Shown: positions 16,156 through 26,791 of the stretch, one piece after another
Layout of the letters: each line of letters starts with the position of its first letter
Numbering within the stretch: the first letter of the stretch is position 1
Source: an uncultured Candidatus Saccharibacteria bacterium
GTDB lineage: Bacteria > Patescibacteriota > Saccharimonadia > Saccharimonadales > Saccharimonadaceae
Assembly (NCBI GenBank): GCA_964384345.1
Contig: CAYLKD010000002.1
Location: forward strand, 45,518-109,517
Length of the DNA: 64,000 nucleotides
Reading direction: 5' to 3'
Position numbers and translations under genes: made by a program
Notes under the pieces: generated by a model
What the model was told of the DNA's origin: nothing
Seen by the model: the letters and a program-made list of their open reading frames with translations, nothing else
Databases searched by the model: none

Positions 16156-17220
16156 ATGCAAGAACTTCTTATTATTTTTGTGCTAGCCGTAGTCGTTACT
16201 GGTTTTGGCGTTGCACTGTACCTCATGAATCGGCGCCTGAAAGATTTGACAGCATCGTCGGCAGTTGAATTGATGAAGTCGGATGTTACTGAGTTATCAC
16301 GAACGATGACTCAGCTGCAGCAGGCGATGGGTGACAAGCTTGAGCGCAACAATATCGCAATGCAAACATCGATGCAGCGGCAATTATCGCAGAGCGCAAA
16401 ATTGGTAAGTGATGTAACGCAACGTTTAGCAAAACTAGATGAAACAAATCGTCGAGTAGTAGATGTTGCAGATGAGCTCAAGTCGCTACAGAATGTACTC
16501 GCGAACCCGAAACAACGCGGCGTACTCGGAGAATTTTATCTCAAGCAAATTCTTGAAAATGTATTGCCTCCAGGAACGTTTGAACTGCAATATAAACTAG
16601 GGGAAGGAATGATCGTGGATGCGATTATTCATCTTGATGACAAACTATTGCCGATCGACAGTAAATTTAGTTTGGAAAATTATAACCGGCTCGTTGAAGC
16701 AAAATCTGAAGACAGGCCCGCCCTTGAAAAAGCTTTCAAGGATGACTTAAAAAAACGTATCGATGAAACCGCAAAATACATAAATGCGCGAAACGGTACA
16801 TTAGCGCAAGCGCTGATGTTTATTCCCTCAGAGGCAATTTACTATGACTTACTTGCAAACAAAGTTGGTTCTGGTGGTGTAAATGGCCGTGACCTTATGC
16901 AGTACGCTGCAGTTGATAAACGAGTCACTATTGTTGGGCCGAGTACGCTTTCAGCAATGCTGCAAATAATTTCTCAAGGCTTAAATAGCCTCGAAATCCA
17001 AAAGGATACTGAAATTATCCGAAAAAATGTCGAGCAGCTCGGGACACACATGCGCGGGTTTGATCAATATATGCAAAAACTTGGTGCGAGCTTGGGTACG
17101 ACAGTCGGGCATTTTAATAATGCACATAAGCAACTTGCTCGCGTTGATAAAGACGTCATAAAAATTGCCGGTGGCAGCGGAGAAATAGATCCACTGCAGC
17201 TGGACAAACCATCCGAATAA
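16156..17220 (+). CDS. rmuC: DNA recombination protein RmuC
   Basis: There is an N-terminal TM helix and a coiled coil. The core GVLGEFYLKQILE...PIDSKFSLENY is RmuC-like. Confidence 0.85.
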   Translation: MQELLIIFVLAVVVTGFGVALYLMNRRLKDLTASSAVELMKSDVTELSRTMTQLQQAMGDKLERNNIAMQTSMQRQLSQSAKLVSDVTQRLAKLDETNRRVVDVADELKSLQNVLANPKQRGVLGEFYLKQILENVLPPGTFELQYKLGEGMIVDAIIHLDDKLLPIDSKFSLENYNRLVEAKSEDRPALEKAFKDDLKKRIDETAKYINARNGTLAQALMFIPSEAIYYDLLANKVGSGGVNGRDLMQYAAVDKRVTIVGPSTLSAMLQIISQGLNSLEIQKDTEIIRKNVEQLGTHMRGFDQYMQKLGASLGTTVGHFNNAHKQLARVDKDVIKIAGGSGEIDPLQLDKPSE

Positions 17221-17240
17221 GAATAATTATATGCATCAAA

Positions 17241-17276
17241 AAAATACCTCCGCTGCTTCGATGGCGGAGGTATTTT
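17241..17276. terminator. Bidirectional intrinsic terminator (rmuC / aquaporin)
   Basis: AAAATACCTCCGC, a loop and GCGGAGGTATTTT form a 13-bp stem flanked by an A-run and a T-run between convergent genes. Confidence 0.8.
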
Positions 17277-17295
17277 GTACTGATCCGAATAGTGG

Positions 17296-18126
17296 TTAGG
17301 CTTCGGCTTCTGCTGAGACAAGATCTCGCAGCGCAAATCCAATAACCGCACCGACAATAGGCGCAACGATGTAAATAAAGATTGGCCATAGGCTCCAGCT
17401 CAATGCTTGGACGGAACCAGCGATTGCTGGATTCAGTACTGCACCATTGACACCTACAGCGCTTACACAGTAACCAGCAATAGCGAGACCGAGGAAAAGA
17501 CCTCCACCGATACCAAATGCTGAGGTAAGACGACTACGGTCTCGATACACTGCTGCAAATGCGTACGCAAATATAGCGGTACCGAGAAGTTCAGCTGCGA
17601 GCACAACCCAATCTTTACCATCAGGTACTGCAGTCAATTTAAATACAGATGCGGTTGTTTGACCCATCATCTGTGCTTGCTGTGACACAGCAGGTGCGGA
17701 ACTTACGAATGCGTTCAATACAACGAGTGCAAGAAGCGCACCGAGTACTTGCGCGACAATATAACTAGCAGCTCGAGCTGCTGAAATACGACGTGTTGCC
17801 CATGCACCAATTGTGAGTGCTGGGTTGAAATATGTTCCCGATACGATGCCAATCATTAACACGATTGAAACAAGTGCAAAGAATACGACAATCGCTGAGC
17901 CTGATGCGGCGAGCACGACTGAAGCAAGCACAAACGTGCCGATAAATTCGGCAATTGATGCTGCAAGTAGGGGTGAACGACTGAAGCTAAATCTATCACT
18001 TTTCCTATTATTGCTAACAGCAGCGGCTTTGACTGTCGTTACTTTAGTTGTAGTTTTTGCGACTGCAGGTGAAGCTTTCTTGATAGTAGTCTTCTTTGCA
18101 GCAGCAGTGGTTTTTTTGGTTGCCAT
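17296..18126 (-). CDS. MIP/aquaporin-family channel with a Lys/Thr/Ala-rich N-terminal tail
   Basis: Two NPA boxes are present (FNPALTIG and LNPAIAGS). SD AAGGAGGG lies 7 nt before ATG 18126. The ORF stays open to 18174. Confidence 0.85.
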   Translation of the reverse strand: MATKKTTAAAKKTTIKKASPAVAKTTTKVTTVKAAAVSNNRKSDRFSFSRSPLLAASIAEFIGTFVLASVVLAASGSAIVVFFALVSIVLMIGIVSGTYFNPALTIGAWATRRISAARAASYIVAQVLGALLALVVLNAFVSSAPAVSQQAQMMGQTTASVFKLTAVPDGKDWVVLAAELLGTAIFAYAFAAVYRDRSRLTSAFGIGGGLFLGLAIAGYCVSAVGVNGAVLNPAIAGSVQALSWSLWPIFIYIVAPIVGAVIGFALRDLVSAEAEA

Positions 18127-18181
18127 TGCTATTCCCTCCTTTAAAAAGAATATGGCTAAAGTATAGCACATCAATCTTGGG

Positions 18182-18190
18182 TGATATACT
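18182..18190 (+). promoter_or_regulatory. Extended -10 (TGaTATACT) 9 nt upstream of ATG 18200
   Basis: Exact motif, with no SD between it and the start codon. Confidence 0.45.
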
Positions 18191-18199
18191 AAAAGAGTT

Positions 18200-18439
18200 A
18201 TGTCATTATTTATGAATCAAGAAACTACTCGCTCAAAGTTTCAGCAAAAGATTGCAGCAGACCTTGCTGAAAAATCCAAAAAAAAGCTAACTGACATTGA
18301 TACCGAACGTCCTGACGGCGTCGAGGATTCCGCATATTTACGTCATACCAAACGCACGACGAGTCTAGCGTGGATATGGATACTACTGGCAATAATTGCA
18401 CTTGGTATCCTTATCTGGCTTGTGGTGGTTCCGCGCTAA
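18200..18439 (+). CDS. Hypothetical small protein with a C-terminal TM anchor
   Basis: The ORF has one TM helix (LAWIWILLAIIALGILIWLVVV). Confidence 0.5.
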   Translation: MSLFMNQETTRSKFQQKIAADLAEKSKKKLTDIDTERPDGVEDSAYLRHTKRTTSLAWIWILLAIIALGILIWLVVVPR

Positions 18440-18457
18440 CGCTATACTAACGTATAG

Positions 18458-19498
18458 ATGAGTAACTATCCTGCAATCGATACCGTACGCACTGCGCTAA
18501 TCGAACGTTTTGCGACGCTTGAAACGAAAAGCGACATTCTAAAAGCCGTAGAACTTAAGCAATTATTTGCTGCAATAAAAGACCAACCGAGCGATACGCG
18601 TGCTGACTATGGACAAGCAGTTAACGCGCTTAAGGTTGAGCTACAAAACATGATAAATGAGTCGCACGATTCTGTAGAATCACTTGCTGCTATCGATGTA
18701 ACTGCGCCGATGGACGTCAATAGCCAGAAGCCTTCGTTATTGCCCACGGCAAAGGGAACTGTGCATCCAATTTCACAAGAAATCGCTTATATGAGAAACA
18801 TACTCGCGAGAATGGGATTTGTTGTCTATGAATCACGTGAAATTGATGATCAGTATCACATGTTTGAAGCTTTGAATTTTCCTAAAGGTCATCCTGCACG
18901 TGATGATTATGATACGTTTATGACTGCCGAAAAAGACAGTGACGGCGAATCATTTATCGCACCTGCTCATACGAGTACCATGCAAAACCGAATTTTACGG
19001 GAGTTAAAGCCGCAACTAGAAAACGGTGAGCCGATCGCTGCAGCTGCGATCGATCGTTGCTTTCGCAATGAAGATCTTGATGCGCGCCACGAACATACGT
19101 TTTATCAGCATGAAGGGATTTATGTCGCTCAAAATGTCCATGCAGGAATGCTGGTTGCGTCACTCAAATCATTCCTGGAATCGTATTTCGAGAAAGAGAT
19201 CGACGTTCGTGTTAATCCATTTTATTTTCCATTTACCGAACCAAGTTTTGAGTTTTCTCTGAGTTGTCCTTTTTGTGATGGTCAAGGCTGCAAGGTTTGC
19301 TCACACGAAGGATGGATAGAATTACTTGGTTGCGGTATGATTCATCCAAATGTGCTGCGAGCTGCCGATATTGATCCTGATGTGTACACTGGCTATGCGT
19401 GGGGTGGTGGTGTTGAACGTTTGATAATGATGAAGCATAACGTTGAAGATATCAGGCATTTTGAAAGTGCAAAATTAGATTTTTTGAGGCAATTTTAG
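18458..19498 (+). CDS. pheS: Phenylalanine--tRNA ligase alpha subunit
   Basis: Class II motifs are present: FPKGHPARD, FRNEDLDARHEHTFYQHEG and GWGGGVERL. Confidence 0.95.
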   Translation: MSNYPAIDTVRTALIERFATLETKSDILKAVELKQLFAAIKDQPSDTRADYGQAVNALKVELQNMINESHDSVESLAAIDVTAPMDVNSQKPSLLPTAKGTVHPISQEIAYMRNILARMGFVVYESREIDDQYHMFEALNFPKGHPARDDYDTFMTAEKDSDGESFIAPAHTSTMQNRILRELKPQLENGEPIAAAAIDRCFRNEDLDARHEHTFYQHEGIYVAQNVHAGMLVASLKSFLESYFEKEIDVRVNPFYFPFTEPSFEFSLSCPFCDGQGCKVCSHEGWIELLGCGMIHPNVLRAADIDPDVYTGYAWGGGVERLIMMKHNVEDIRHFESAKLDFLRQF

Positions 19499-22018
19499 AT
19501 GAAAGTCAGTTTGAATACCGTCAAGCAATACATTAGCTTCGAGCTCCCACCGACAACGGAGCTTATCGAACGGATTAACGAACAACTCGGTAAAGTCGAA
19601 ACAGTCAACGATCTTGTGGATACGTATAAAGACGCAGTCGTTGTCCAGCTAAAATCTTGCGAAAAACACCCATCGGCCGATAGGCTAAACATATGTTTTG
19701 TCGATGATGGAGGTTTCGTGCAAGACGTCCCGCGTACCGACGAAGGATTGGTGCAAGTCGTATGTGGCGCGCCGAATGTCCGGGAAGGAATGTACGCTGT
19801 ATGGTTACCGCCTCGGTCAGTCGTGCCAGCTACGTATGGAGATGAAGAACCATTTGTTCTTGGCGCTCGAGAGCTTCGCGGCGTAGTCAGCCAAGGCATG
19901 CTTGCGGCTGCAGACGAGCTCGCAGTGGGAAATGATCATGACGGTATTTTAGAATTATCATTAGATGAATGGCGTCCTTCAGATCAGTTGCTGCAGGCTG
20001 GTGCAAGTTTTGCGAAGCTCTACGGACTAGACGATACGATTATCGACATTGAAAATAAAATGTTCACCCACCGACCGGATTGTTTCGGGCAGATTGGTGT
20101 AGCGCGAGAGCTAGCGGGTATTTTAGGTCAGGAATTTGTCGACCCTGAATGGTACTGGAAGATTCCAGAATTTGTTGTAACTGAAGGACTTGATATCGAG
20201 ATTATAAATGAGGCTGGCGAGAATGTGCCGCGCTTCATGGCTGTCGCCCTCAAAAACGTTGAAATCAAACCAAGCCCTTTGTGGCTCCAGTGTTCACTGA
20301 TAGCACTGGGCAGTAAACCTATAAACAATGTCGTTGATATTACAAACTACGTTATGCTATTGACGGCGCAGCCAACGCATGCCTATGATTATGATAAACT
20401 CCGTGGTCACAAGCTTGGTGTTCGTATGGCAAAGGCTGGTGAAAGCGTTAAGCTGCTCAATGACAAAACATATCAACTTACTGACGATGATATCGTCATT
20501 ATAGATGGTGAAGGGCCAGTTGGTCTTGCGGGGATTATGGGTGGCGCCAATAGTGAAATAAGCGAGTCAACAAAAAATGTCGTCCTTGAAGTTGCGACAT
20601 TTGATATGTATGTCCTGCGTAAAACGAGCATGCGACATGGCGTGTTTACTGACGCGCTTACACGGTTCAATAAAGGCCAGTCACCGCTGCAAAACGATCG
20701 AGTACTTCAAACATTGCTTATGTCGATCAAAGACATTAGTATGACCGAGCAAGCAAGTCCTGTCATCGACCTGCAGCAAGATAGCGTAAAACAGATCTAC
20801 GACCAACAGACTGTGCATGAACCACTCTTTATTGAGAGGTCATTCATTAACGACCGGCTAGGACTGGAATTTACAAACGAAGCCATTATGACACTTCTTA
20901 GTAATGTACATTTTGACTGTACTAGTGTTGAATCTACTGACGCGCTGACTATCACCGCACCATTTTGGCGCACAGACATCGAGCTTCGCGAAGATATAGT
21001 TGAGGAAGTGGGCAGACTCTACGGATTCGATAAATTGCCACGCGAACTGCCGATGCGCACGATGAAGCCGACAGCGCTTCGCCCGCAAATTCAGCTCAAA
21101 GCTGACGTACGGAATGCGCTCAGCAAGGCTGGCGCAAATGAAATACTAACGTATAGTTTCGTTCATGAAAACGTTATGACTCGTGCCGGTCAAAATTCTG
21201 AATTTGCCTATCGACTATCAAATGCGCTGAGCCCGGACCTTCAGTATTATCGTCTTAGTTTGACGCCGAGTTTACTCGACAAGATTAATGCCAATATTCG
21301 TGCAGGGTACGATGAATTTGCGCTTTTTGAAATAGGAAAAGGACACTCGAAGCAAGTGGCAGTCGATGATGATTCATTGCCACTCGAAACTCATCGAGTA
21401 GGCCTCGTCTATTCTGCAAAACATGCTACAAAGGGCGCTAGTTTCTACCAAGCAAAAAGTATTCTCGAATTTCTTGCCACGTCCCTGAAACTTGAACTCG
21501 ACTACGAACCGCTCACCGAAGCATCAACTGATCAGACGTACGTTGCATTTGACTACCAACGATCGGCTCTTGTTGTGAGTAGACGCACGAATACTGTATT
21601 GGGAATAGTCGGTGAGTATACGCAGCAGACAAAACGAGCATTTAAGTTACCGCAGGCAGCAGCAGGATTTGAGCTGTTGTTAGACGAGTTACAGAGTATT
21701 AATAAACAACTCACGACCTATACGCCGCTGAGTAAATATCCATCAATCGATCGCGATGTTACCTTTGTCTGCGAGACATCTATGAGTTACCGCGACATAG
21801 TGTCAAACATCAGCGCACACATACGTGAAATATCTGTGCCAATCACAGTCGCGCTTAAAGACATATACCAAGCAAACTCAAGTAGCAACAAGCATATGAG
21901 TTTTGTCTTTACAATCAAGCCAGAGCTGCAAACGATGACGAGCGATCAAGCTTCAGCAGTTATGAATGATATCATCGCTATTGTCGAGCAAAATACGACT
22001 GCTCGCGCCATGCGATAA
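19499..22018 (+). CDS. pheT: Phenylalanine--tRNA ligase beta subunit
   Basis: It abuts pheS and has a tRNA-binding N-domain, B3/B4 and B5 regions and a C-terminal FDX-ACB-like domain. Length is 839 aa. Confidence 0.93.
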   Translation: MKVSLNTVKQYISFELPPTTELIERINEQLGKVETVNDLVDTYKDAVVVQLKSCEKHPSADRLNICFVDDGGFVQDVPRTDEGLVQVVCGAPNVREGMYAVWLPPRSVVPATYGDEEPFVLGARELRGVVSQGMLAAADELAVGNDHDGILELSLDEWRPSDQLLQAGASFAKLYGLDDTIIDIENKMFTHRPDCFGQIGVARELAGILGQEFVDPEWYWKIPEFVVTEGLDIEIINEAGENVPRFMAVALKNVEIKPSPLWLQCSLIALGSKPINNVVDITNYVMLLTAQPTHAYDYDKLRGHKLGVRMAKAGESVKLLNDKTYQLTDDDIVIIDGEGPVGLAGIMGGANSEISESTKNVVLEVATFDMYVLRKTSMRHGVFTDALTRFNKGQSPLQNDRVLQTLLMSIKDISMTEQASPVIDLQQDSVKQIYDQQTVHEPLFIERSFINDRLGLEFTNEAIMTLLSNVHFDCTSVESTDALTITAPFWRTDIELREDIVEEVGRLYGFDKLPRELPMRTMKPTALRPQIQLKADVRNALSKAGANEILTYSFVHENVMTRAGQNSEFAYRLSNALSPDLQYYRLSLTPSLLDKINANIRAGYDEFALFEIGKGHSKQVAVDDDSLPLETHRVGLVYSAKHATKGASFYQAKSILEFLATSLKLELDYEPLTEASTDQTYVAFDYQRSALVVSRRTNTVLGIVGEYTQQTKRAFKLPQAAAGFELLLDELQSINKQLTTYTPLSKYPSIDRDVTFVCETSMSYRDIVSNISAHIREISVPITVALKDIYQANSSSNKHMSFVFTIKPELQTMTSDQASAVMNDIIAIVEQNTTARAMR

Positions 22019-22073
22019 GCAAACCAAAAACCACAATTGCTCAACCAAATCATAAGAGGTATGATTGAAGTAA

Positions 22074-22988
22074 ATGAAACGAAAAATGCTGGTAGTCGCT
22101 ATTGTGGTTGTTATCGCTGCGCTCGTAGCGCTAGGGTATCGGTTGGTGCATGGAGTAACGTTTGATGTATTGCAGCCTACAGGCGTGATTGGTTTGAAAG
22201 AGCGTAATTTGCTACTATTCACGCTTGGTCTAAGCCTCATAGTCGTAGTACCAGTGTTTACGATGTTGGCGGTATTTGCATGGAAATACCATGAGTCGAA
22301 TACAGAGGCTACATACAAACCAAATTGGACGAAAAACACTACACTCGAAACCATTTGGTGGGGTATACCGATCGTTATTATAGCGATATTATCTCTTGTT
22401 ACGTTCATTACTAGTCATACGTTAGATCCGTATAAGCCAATAGCATCTAACAACCGGACGATAGAGGTGCAAGTCGTCGCTCTGCAATGGAAGTGGCTTT
22501 TTATATATCCTGATTATGGTATTGCAACGGTCAATGAATTACCAATAGCGGTGAATACACCGATACATTTTTCACTGACAGGGGATGCTCCAATGAACGG
22601 TTTCTGGATACCAAGTTTGGGGACACAAATATATGCGATGAATGGCATGCAATCAGAGTTAAACCTTATGGCTAATAAAGTTGGCGTATACAAAGGTCAC
22701 GCAACAAACATTAACGGTAAAGGTTATGCGGACATGAACTTTACCGTCAAAGCGCTTTCGAGTGGTGATTTTGATACATGGCAAAAGTCCGCCCACGATT
22801 CTCCTGATCAATTAACAAAAGCAACGTACGATAAGCTAGCGGAGCCAAATACGATGGGTGTACGTACATTATTGCTCGCTGACCGTACGTTATACGATAC
22901 AATAATGATGAAATATATGACAAAACAAACCACTAAGAATAATACAACGAAATCAACTATGGACCACCATAGCATGGACGCTATGTAA
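22074..22988 (+). CDS. cyoA: Cytochrome bo3-type quinol oxidase subunit II
   Basis: It has two N-terminal TM helices and a cupredoxin domain (ALQWKWLF, PMNGFWIPSLG). The protein has no cysteine at all, so there is no CuA site. This marks it as a quinol oxidase rather than a cytochrome c oxidase. Confidence 0.88.
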   Translation: MKRKMLVVAIVVVIAALVALGYRLVHGVTFDVLQPTGVIGLKERNLLLFTLGLSLIVVVPVFTMLAVFAWKYHESNTEATYKPNWTKNTTLETIWWGIPIVIIAILSLVTFITSHTLDPYKPIASNNRTIEVQVVALQWKWLFIYPDYGIATVNELPIAVNTPIHFSLTGDAPMNGFWIPSLGTQIYAMNGMQSELNLMANKVGVYKGHATNINGKGYADMNFTVKALSSGDFDTWQKSAHDSPDQLTKATYDKLAEPNTMGVRTLLLADRTLYDTIMMKYMTKQTTKNNTTKSTMDHHSMDAM

Positions 22989-24949
22989 TGGAATTATTTG
23001 CAAACCTACTCGGAAGAATGTCACTGGAATATTTTCCGAAAGAACCAGCAACGATCGGTGCCGCAATTGGTATGCCACTAGCGGTTTTTGGTGTTGTTGG
23101 CCTCTTGACCTATTTCAAAAAATGGCGATGGCTATGGGACAACTATTTGACGTCACTCGATGCAAAAAAAATCGGTGTCATGTATATTGCCGTAGGTCTA
23201 ATCATGCTAATTCGTGGACTCGCTGATACGCTGATGCTCCGTTTACAAACCGCTGTGGCCGTGGGTGATCAAGCGGGTCCGTTTAGCACCGATACATTTC
23301 AGCAAGTATTCACGGCACATGGCACAATTATGATTTTCTTTGTCGCCATGGGTCTAATGTTTGGGCTTATCAATGTGGCCCTACCGTTGATGCTGGGGAC
23401 TCGAGATGTAGCTTTTCCGCTTCTAAACTCAATTAGCTTTTGGTTATTTGCAGCCGGCATGATACTGATCAATTTTTCTCTGATCTACGGCGGTTTCAGT
23501 AACGGGGGATGGCTCGGATATCCGCCGCTGACGGAACTACAATATAATCCAGGACCAGGAGTTGATTACTGGATATGGAGTTTGCAGATTGCCGGAGTAG
23601 GAAGTTTGCTTTCGGGCATCAATTTCTTTGTCACCATTATCAAAAATCGCGCACCAGGTATGACATTTATGAAGATGCCTATATTCGCATGGAGCGTTCT
23701 CGTGACAACAGTTCTAATAATGTTGGCTTTTCCGATACTGACAGCGACGCTCGCCATGCTCTCGCTCGATCGAACCCTTGGAATGCATTTTTTCACCTCG
23801 CTTGCTGGCGGGAACCCTATGATGTACATCAACCTCATATGGGCTTGGGGTCATCCAGAAGTATATATTCTGGTACTACCAGCATTTGGTATTTTTTCAG
23901 AAATAGTGGCAACATTTAGTCGTAAAGCGTTGTTTGGCTACAAATCTATGGTCATAGCGCTGTGTGCGATCATGGTTTTATCATTTATCGTCTGGCAGCA
24001 CCATTTCTTCACCATGGGTGCGGGAGCCAATGTCAACGCATTCTTTGGTATCATGACGATGATCATTGCAATCCCTACAGGAGTAAAGATATTCAACTGG
24101 CTGTTTACGATGTATCGAGGTAAGATTTTGTTTGCTAGTCCGATGTGGTGGTTTATGACATTTGTCGTCACATTTACACTAGGTGGAGTTACCGGTGTAT
24201 TGATGGCAGTTCCGGCTATTGATTATCAAGTGCACAATACGTTGTTTCTCGTAGCGCACTTCCATAATGTGATAATTGGTGGGGTAGTATTCGGCTATCT
24301 TGCCGGGGTCGCCTACTGGTTTCCAAAGATGTTCGGCTTCACGCTTATCGAACGCCTCGGCAAATTATCGGCAGCATTATGGCAGCTCGGCTTTATCCTT
24401 GCGTTTATGCCACTATATGCACTTGGACTCATGGGTGCAGTTCGCCGCCTTGATCATTACACTGACCCGGCTTGGACACCGTTCTTCATAGTTTCAGGGA
24501 TCGGGGTCGTGATCATTTGTGGCGGTGTGTTTGTACTCGTATTGCAAATAGCACTCAGTATATGGAAACGAAAGTCACTCAAAGCAGGCGGCGATCCATG
24601 GAACGGCCGTACGCTTGAATGGTCAGTGCCGTCGCCGGCGCCTAGCTATAACTTTGCAGTCATCCCACATGTCTCAGAGCGTGATGAGTGGTGGCACCGA
24701 AAGCAGCACAAATTAGCGCATGCTATCGATCACTACCAGGATATTATGCTACCAAAGAATTCTTCAATTGGTCTCATAATTGGTGGCCTTGCCGGTATAG
24801 CAGGTTTTGGGATCATTTGGCACATATGGTGGCTGTCAGCTATCGCTGTTGTGGCTATCATCAGTACGGTCATTATTCGATCAAATGTTGAAGAAACTGA
24901 ATTTACCATTACTGCTGCAGAACTAAAGAATGCTGAGGCAAAATTATGA
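22988..24949 (+). CDS. cyoB: Quinol oxidase subunit I (heme-copper oxidase)
   Basis: WAWGHPEVYILVLPAFGIFSE and HHFFTMG are present, with about 14 TM helices. Length is 653 aa. Confidence 0.95.
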   Translation: MELFANLLGRMSLEYFPKEPATIGAAIGMPLAVFGVVGLLTYFKKWRWLWDNYLTSLDAKKIGVMYIAVGLIMLIRGLADTLMLRLQTAVAVGDQAGPFSTDTFQQVFTAHGTIMIFFVAMGLMFGLINVALPLMLGTRDVAFPLLNSISFWLFAAGMILINFSLIYGGFSNGGWLGYPPLTELQYNPGPGVDYWIWSLQIAGVGSLLSGINFFVTIIKNRAPGMTFMKMPIFAWSVLVTTVLIMLAFPILTATLAMLSLDRTLGMHFFTSLAGGNPMMYINLIWAWGHPEVYILVLPAFGIFSEIVATFSRKALFGYKSMVIALCAIMVLSFIVWQHHFFTMGAGANVNAFFGIMTMIIAIPTGVKIFNWLFTMYRGKILFASPMWWFMTFVVTFTLGGVTGVLMAVPAIDYQVHNTLFLVAHFHNVIIGGVVFGYLAGVAYWFPKMFGFTLIERLGKLSAALWQLGFILAFMPLYALGLMGAVRRLDHYTDPAWTPFFIVSGIGVVIICGGVFVLVLQIALSIWKRKSLKAGGDPWNGRTLEWSVPSPAPSYNFAVIPHVSERDEWWHRKQHKLAHAIDHYQDIMLPKNSSIGLIIGGLAGIAGFGIIWHIWWLSAIAVVAIISTVIIRSNVEETEFTITAAELKNAEAKL

Positions 24950-25530
24950 GTACGCTCCACGAAACACAGCTAGCGAACCAAAAAACCGAATTAGGTTTTT
25001 GGCTCTACCTGATGACCGATTTAATGTTATTTGCGAGTCTATTCGCGGCGTTCATGGTGCTGCGTGTTGGAACAAACGGTGGATCAAGCGGTGTAGATAT
25101 ATTTAATCCTCAGTACGCACTTCTTGAAACATTTGTACTACTCGCAAGCAGCCTTAGCTGCGGCATTGCACTTATATCAGCCCGGTTTGGCAAACTAAAG
25201 CCAGCTGTTATTTACCTAGTCATAACGATGCTGCTAGGCGCTTCATTTTTGTTTTTAGAAATACGGGAGTTTGCCTTACTCGTACTAGAAGGTAACAGTG
25301 CTGCGAGTAGTGCTTTCTTATCAGCATTTTTCACACTTGTTGCTACGCATGGTCTACATATTTTGATCGGACTGGTATGGGCGGGAGCTTTGCTTTATTC
25401 AATCACGAAAAAAGGTTTGCAGCCTCGTGTTTTGCATAAATTTGGACTGTTTGCGCTCTTTTGGCACTTTTTAGATATTGTCTGGATCTTTATATTTAGT
25501 GTCGTCTATTTGATCGGAGGCTTATCGTGA
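24946..25530 (+). CDS. cyoC: Quinol oxidase subunit III
   Basis: It is coupled by an ATGA overlap, has 5 TM helices, and carries LFALFWHFLDIVWIF. Confidence 0.9.
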   Translation: MSTLHETQLANQKTELGFWLYLMTDLMLFASLFAAFMVLRVGTNGGSSGVDIFNPQYALLETFVLLASSLSCGIALISARFGKLKPAVIYLVITMLLGASFLFLEIREFALLVLEGNSAASSAFLSAFFTLVATHGLHILIGLVWAGALLYSITKKGLQPRVLHKFGLFALFWHFLDIVWIFIFSVVYLIGGLS

Positions 25531-25892
25531 ACCATACATCCTATCGTGCAGCAGTGAAGCAATATATAATCGGCGCAGTACTCGCAAGTATCTTGACGCT
25601 ACTCGCATATTTTTTCGTCACACAGCGAATCACAAGCTCGGTAACACTTCTTTCAGCGCTCGTTCTTGTACTAGCGGTTATTCAACTCACAGTGCAAATC
25701 ACATATTTCTTACACTTTGGTGCAGATAAAAAGCCCCGCTGGAGATCATATAGTCTGTTGTTTACGACTCTTATGATAGTGGTGGTTGTTGTCGGGTCGA
25801 TATGGATCATGCGTAACCTTAACTATCGAATGAACATGTCACCTGATAGCATGAACATGTATATGATTGATCAGAATAAAAAAGGTTTTTAG
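25527..25892 (+). CDS. cyoD: Quinol oxidase subunit IV
   Basis: It has a GTG start overlapping the cyoC stop and 3 TM helices. Its position and size fit CyoD. Confidence 0.8.
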   Translation: MNHTSYRAAVKQYIIGAVLASILTLLAYFFVTQRITSSVTLLSALVLVLAVIQLTVQITYFLHFGADKKPRWRSYSLLFTTLMIVVVVVGSIWIMRNLNYRMNMSPDSMNMYMIDQNKKGF

Positions 25893-26758
25893 TGCATAGA
25901 GTCAAAAACTACATTCGCTTAGCAAAGCCTGGTGTGCTGATGGGTAATGTCCTGACTGCGATTGCAGGCTACCTGCTTTCAGCGGCACAGTATGGCTATG
26001 ACCTTGTGTCGTTCCTCGCGATGCTTATAGGTATGACGTTTGTTGTCGGCGGCGCGTGTGCGTTGAATAATTATTTAGACCGTGACATTGATAGTAAAAT
26101 GGAGCGGACCAAAAAACGGCCAAGTGTCAGTGGTGAAATGAGTCCAATTGGTATGCAAATATACGCTTGGACATTATTAGTGGTAGGGGTTGGTGTGCTA
26201 TATCTGTGGACGAATTTGCTAGTAGTTGGTATTGGAGTTATTGGTTTCATTACGTACGTATGGCTATACGGCGCTTGGTCAAAGCGAACATCGATTCATG
26301 GTACAGCTGTTGGTGCGATTTCTGGTGCTCTGCCAATTGCTGGAGGGTATGCTGCTGCGTCGGGTATGTTCGATGTTGGTCTCGGCATAGCATTCTTGAT
26401 TCTATTTTTCTGGCAGTTTCCAGAATTCTTTTCAATCGCAATCTACCGCAAGAAAGAATATGCAGCAGCTGGCATTCCACTGATGAGCATCGTAGAAGGC
26501 GTTCGTTCTACAACTGTGCAAATAGTTGTATTCACGATAGCGTATGTGATCGCGACGTTGACCTTGTCATTTTTTGGCTACACAGGCATCGTCTACCTGC
26601 TAGTGATGCTGGCGAGTGGTATCTACTGGATACACTATGGGTTTAAAGGTTTACGAACAAAGAATAGCGAAACATGGTCGCGTTCAATGTTCCGTTTATC
26701 GATGTACAATATTTTATTATTATGTTTGATGCTTTCAATTGGTCCGCTTTTACCCTAG
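25892..26758 (+). CDS. cyoE: Protoheme IX farnesyltransferase (heme O synthase)
   Basis: UbiA-family motifs are present (NNYLDRDIDSKMERTKKRP) and the gene follows cyoD. Confidence 0.9.
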   Translation: MHRVKNYIRLAKPGVLMGNVLTAIAGYLLSAAQYGYDLVSFLAMLIGMTFVVGGACALNNYLDRDIDSKMERTKKRPSVSGEMSPIGMQIYAWTLLVVGVGVLYLWTNLLVVGIGVIGFITYVWLYGAWSKRTSIHGTAVGAISGALPIAGGYAAASGMFDVGLGIAFLILFFWQFPEFFSIAIYRKKEYAAAGIPLMSIVEGVRSTTVQIVVFTIAYVIATLTLSFFGYTGIVYLLVMLASGIYWIHYGFKGLRTKNSETWSRSMFRLSMYNILLLCLMLSIGPLLP

Positions 26759-26791
26759 CGCTCGATCGATATACAATGTATAGTAGACAAC

